Shown here: in pieces, positions 60,901 to 64,000 of the stretch
Layout: each line of letters opens with the position of its first letter
How positions within the stretch are numbered: position 1 is the stretch's first letter
Source of the DNA: Pseudogymnoascus verrucosus
Lineage: Eukaryota
Reading direction: 5' to 3' (one strand)
Assembly: GCA_001662655.1 (NCBI GenBank)
Contig: KV460273.1
DNA length: 64,000 nt
Notes under the pieces: model-generated
Seen by the model: the letters and a program-made list of their open reading frames with translations, nothing else
The model's database searches: none
Told to the model about the DNA's origin: nothing
Program-made: the position numbers and the translations under genes

Positions 60901-61177
60901 CGTTGCTCCTTGTTCTGCCCGCCGTCCTGGTAATAGCAGGATGGCGAGGAAGTCTAGATGGTTTGATGGAGAAAATCCCAATGTCACCAGTCTCGGTAGT
61001 ATTCTTCAGCATGCTATTCAGCCCCGAGGGAATGAGGAGGGGGTCATTATTTTCCATGGCGAGGTTGTATGGGCGATGGGCTTCATGTCCTGCCTTTGAG
61101 CCAGGCTGATTCCGGCGAGACTCATTGAGGAGCTTCTGGGTAGCAGATCGCTGCTCTGCTGAAGTTGTTTCGTCCAT
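57941..61177 (-). CDS. Large low-complexity fungal hypothetical protein (about 1078 aa)
   Basis: Long open frame whose first in-frame ATG is at 61177; S/P/R-rich with short motif-like islands (MLKNTTETGDIGIFS, RLKRPGFRPSSPALTD, YYDYTEDF). Confidence 0.75.
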   Translation of the reverse strand: MDETTSAEQRSATQKLLNESRRNQPGSKAGHEAHRPYNLAMENNDPLLIPSGLNSMLKNTTETGDIGIFSIKPSRLPRHPAITRTAGRTRSNGSNYRRAEPQLPYHGPRVFSLPSTIDDRSRLPSYGRDATSEVASLYENSSQKSSESSKILEDQDRRSYSMTVSSFSGYRLANPHSSTSLSGQIDQNDAQRPRSSFQYPARLKRPGFRPSSPALTDGGAVDYRRRVEIQREPGSPNCQNVSLRPLSLRSNVNRSTPMASGQGLSPHGFNRMPVIQRDDAPGECSNHIDTPESPSTANVGVASSSYSHLPSRTAASVPIQNKARRPSPLYYDYTEDFNEAREGDHAPEELEGISPPSFLVEKTIHEDRELSSDWSYLAMTDLKGRGFLANEQLLSPHEGTKSLRSQPADISYVGGGKLLLQDDSESVPENAKHHRSLPESTKSPAFKHNVGITRPNQTPSQSIETSTSTEISKSRNLVRDGPLSYTEPESQPKEVVDEPTFSDSSSYAVSPRLQQLFSPPGGRIRTYTDSSLPTSSQGAAIHDIKRKPLSREVSGADKTDSDERSGNKLDPVTPTQAPQGLETRATTPILQRSVSAQNKRDKSSPYFRARPNSTSSTQPDIIPEVSMSSTQSRYFSFDAPSQNYVESSDDKSSSMPLQRYKHSFKHSRTEFPARKYRSDGSLVVPSEFTFTQASGKSNQHGNSGGYLDQAGPCNKAPPSGGHDDFGTVGVVSPIPIHPGQQYLDPLTMNDSETQVGPTTQHFFSKFRLKTRASTVRAKASPPVTRRRDLDGIYPLDERRRDVQLTGSLRKPVNSAPKLKLKVARASVSSLGTVRINREAAVQADLGGPEVLSPEDLFTPPARFASLFRQVSRHFRPKDEYEEIKAPEATSVGELGETGLAVISSNPEQTSGAEAIMNGPYPQILPRSSAFVGIPSSPYPLVSREPSQDRRSPATSQRARQPPHDAAVIPADVQPGGIQSCFSDYGSQLEGSSHLQDNIPSLRAEQYNQHPGTRSRQASVSAPWRTGDAWDQFQVPDFSEMDDESELDPTGPSHKLKTTVGGWLEDIKAKMFSCGRARR

Positions 61178-63071
61178 TTTGGCCCTCTGCAAGTCTGCAT
61201 CTGGTAGTAGGAGGGCCTTTGTGGAAGTTTCGATGGAAGGTGTCGAGATAAAGCCGACGAGTTCACATATGGAGAGGTCTATGTTTGGGCCTATCCGACG
61301 ACATAGGAGATAAAATGTAGAAATGCAGAAATATCAAACCGGTACCTTTTGAGTAGTGAAATAAAAACCGACCTGACGGCCTGTGTACTAGCGTTCACAG
61401 AGATAGACGCAATGAAAGCGGGAAGAAAGGAGAAAGAGAAAGAGAGAAGGGGAGGTGAACAGTATTCTAGGTTGCCGTTGGATTCCCAAAGAATTGAAGT
61501 AAGGAAGGTGCTACTCATTGAAGTCTAATTCTGTTCTGGTTGGAGAAGGAGGTGGGCTTCTTGGGAGGAAAAGAGCATCACTTCACACCACTTCACACCT
61601 CCAACTGCTCTGCTGAGAATTTGTTGTTGCATCTTTAAAGCACAGCATACACCTCTTGACACATGAGAGCACAGGAGATATCTCATAAAGTGTCTGAATA
61701 TGTCTGCTTCTGTTTGAGCAAGAGTGAGTGAGTGCCACCACCTAGTCAGGTGATAAGATGTGGGGTAACTACGTGGGCACTCGTTCAGTACGGGCCAGTA
61801 TCCGTACCGTGTGGATAATAAGCTGAGGGCAAGGGAGCCAAGGAGGAGCGAAGGAAGGAGGGAATGACAGCGGTATGGAAGAATTACAGTTCATGCCGTC
61901 CAGCAGGTGGATCTGTAGTGAGGAGATCTGTCCTCGGACAAAGTTAATATACGGTGGCTGAACTGAAATAGACGCCAATGCACATAGCCTTTCAGCCGAC
62001 AGTGCACCGGCTCATGAAGGCGCATGGGATATACAATTTTGGGTGTAAGTTGAGTTACTTTGCATGCTGGGGAGTGTATGGTATACGGCGGGAAGCAGAC
62101 CATTGTGCCGTATTACAGTTGTGTGTATATGGATTGTATGGAGTATGAGTGTGGGGGAAATGGCAAGCTGGCAGATCGAGCCGTCGACCGTCGACCGTCG
62201 ATCAATCGGCTGTGACCCATGTAGTGGACAGAGCTCAGTGGATGGATGGTGACTGTCATCCTGGACTGAGGCTGAGGCTGAGGATCATACTACTTGACTC
62301 TAAGGATAGATATAGAAGAAGAGTACACTGTGTTCGTTCGATTGGACGCGGTGCCATAGAATGAATGGACGTTGATGAGATTCTTTTGCCTCGAACCGGC
62401 CAGAGTGTATTGTCGTACAATTCCAATTCGCATAGTAGGAGTCACACAGGAGATAAAGTAGTGTATGTATGTATGTGCATATCTGTACCTCCTCCGCACT
62501 CCTCCGCACCAGATTACTCGTAGTGCCTGGGTTGAGTAATCTAGCCGCCGTATAGTATTTACTATAGTAAGTACTACTAGTATGTAGAGTAGTAGGACCC
62601 TTTCTCCGCGACGACGGCGCGACGATGTGGTTGGTATAGTTACTACTAGTATTATTACTGCTACTAGAGCATATGTGTACTGAGTAAGTGTGGTATGTAG
62701 GCGGGCGGTTGTGGTAGATGTGTACCGCGTCGTCGACTGTGTACTCTCCAAGTGCCATTCCCCAAGAATCCCCTAGGGTTCTCCCCCTGGTATGGTGGGA
62801 ATGGTACCAATAACATACTTCCCTCTATAAACTATATTCTATACACCGGACTGTCTACGAGTAAGACAATAAGAACAATCCATCCCGTCGCGCCTTCTCC
62901 TCCGCCTCCTCCGCCTCTGCCGAATCCCTGCTTTTAGACTGATTTAAGGTAAGGCTACTGTGGTCTACTGTGGTAGGTAAGGTACCGCCCAGTGTATATG
63001 TATGTACAAAGTGACAAACGTGCACACCTTCACACACACCGTACACACCGTACACACACATAGCTCCAAAA

Positions 63072-63081
63072 GACACGCTGT
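63072..63081 (-). promoter_or_regulatory. Unfolded protein response element (Hac1/HacA site) upstream of PDI1
   Basis: Minus strand reads ACAGCGTGTC, identical to the yeast KAR2 UPRE core, about 350 bp before the PDI1 ATG. Confidence 0.7.
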
Positions 63082-63277
63082 TCTTAGGTTTCTAAGCACT
63101 TAGCGAGTTCCGCCTCCATACCCAGATAAAGACAGCCACATCTCCACCTCTCACCGAATCTTACAATTCAACAATCACATTCTCTTCTTTATTTGTCTTG
63201 GTCAAAAGCAAGTTTGCATAGCTTGCAATTGGGTTCACAGCTAAGTCGAGAAGAAGACGACTATCAATACCCAACAG

Positions 63278-63408
63278 GTAAGCATCTCTGCCCCTCTATA
63301 TACATCCATTTGGCGGTACTCCCGCTATCACCGACCCCCCAGTCCCGCCACCTTCCCAAGCTTCCTATTTCTCCACGTTGAACCATTGCTAATTCTCGTT
63401 CCCACTAG
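63278..63408 (+). other. 5'-UTR intron of PDI1
   Basis: CAG|GTAAGC donor, GCTAAT branch and CTAG acceptor 25 nt before the ATG. Confidence 0.75.
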
Positions 63409-63433
63409 ATTATCAATAGAACGACCGCCCACA

Positions 63434-64000
63434 ATGTTCAACTTCAAGAACGTGGCCTTCGGCCTCATCGGCGCTGCTGCCATTGCCTCGGCGTCTGATG
63501 TCCACGACCTCAAGACCGACACCTTCCCGGCTTTCATTGCCGAGAACCCGCTTGTGCTTGCTGAGTTCTTTGCACCATGGTGCGGACACTGCAAGGCTCT
63601 TGCACCAGAGTACGAGGAGGCCGCTACCTCCTTGAAGGAGAAGGATATCAAGCTGGTCAAGGTTGACTGCACAGAGGAGGCTGAGCTCTGCCAGTCCTAC
63701 GGTGTTGAGGGTTACCCAACCCTCAAGGTCTTCCGCGGACCAGAGAGCGTTGCCCCATACTCTGGCCCTCGCAAGGCTGATGCGTAAGTCATTCTCATAA
63801 ACACCCTGGCAGAAATGCATACTAATTGCCATCTTAGGATCACATCTTACATGATCAAGCAATCCCTACCAGCTGTGTCTGCTCTGGACACCGAGACTCT
63901 TGAGGAGTTCAAGACCGCCGATAAGGTTGTCGTTGTTGCGTACGTTGATGCCGAGGACAAGGCGTCTGCCGAGATCTTCACCGCTATTGCGGAGGCTCAG
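63434..64000 (+). CDS. PDI1: Protein disulfide isomerase (5' part; runs off the window)
   Basis: Signal peptide, FFAPWCGHCKALAPEY, KVDCT and GYPTLK; intron at about 63784-63837. Confidence 0.96.

Noticed and set aside
1..64000. tRNA, rRNA, CRISPR arrays, intact transposons or a secondary-metabolite cluster
   Set aside because: No cloverleaf, rRNA gene, repeat-spacer array, TIR/LTR pair or backbone synthase was seen; the genes are functionally unrelated housekeeping loci.

Overview
Gene-dense, intron-containing fungal DNA from a filamentous ascomycete. A Leotiomycete such as Pseudogymnoascus is my inference from overall sequence character and is not verified. It is a draft assembly, with NN at 3251-3252 and a 159-N gap at 8192-8350. 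About 23 intact protein genes can be spliced together by eye: SNT2, a flavodoxin-like quinone reductase, MSH1, RPP0, HEM12, TRM82, YDJ1, two Zn2Cys6 factors, NUP159, PUP1, KEL3, a proline iminopeptidase, a CENP-K-like protein, a small repeat hydrophilin, a KH-domain RNA-binding protein, a WSS1-like protease, a DUF202-like membrane protein, PRP39, TXL1, a partial PDI1 and two fungal hypotheticals. Several things are invisible to the ORF track: (1) a spliced non-coding host transcript at about 52.0-52.45 kb (minus strand, divergent from PRP39) carrying two box C/D snoRNAs, one a snR56/U25 orthologue and one aimed at a peptidyl-transferase-region uridine; (2) a triply frameshifted alpha-hydroxy-acid oxidase pseudogene joined directly to a Fot1/pogo-like transposase fragment, with a Gag zinc-knuckle relic upstream; (3) a long PRP39 intron with a tandemly duplicated 5' splice site; (4) a GC-AG intron in YDJ1; (5) a near-canonical UPRE before PDI1. 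All family calls are from motif recognition; no searches were run.
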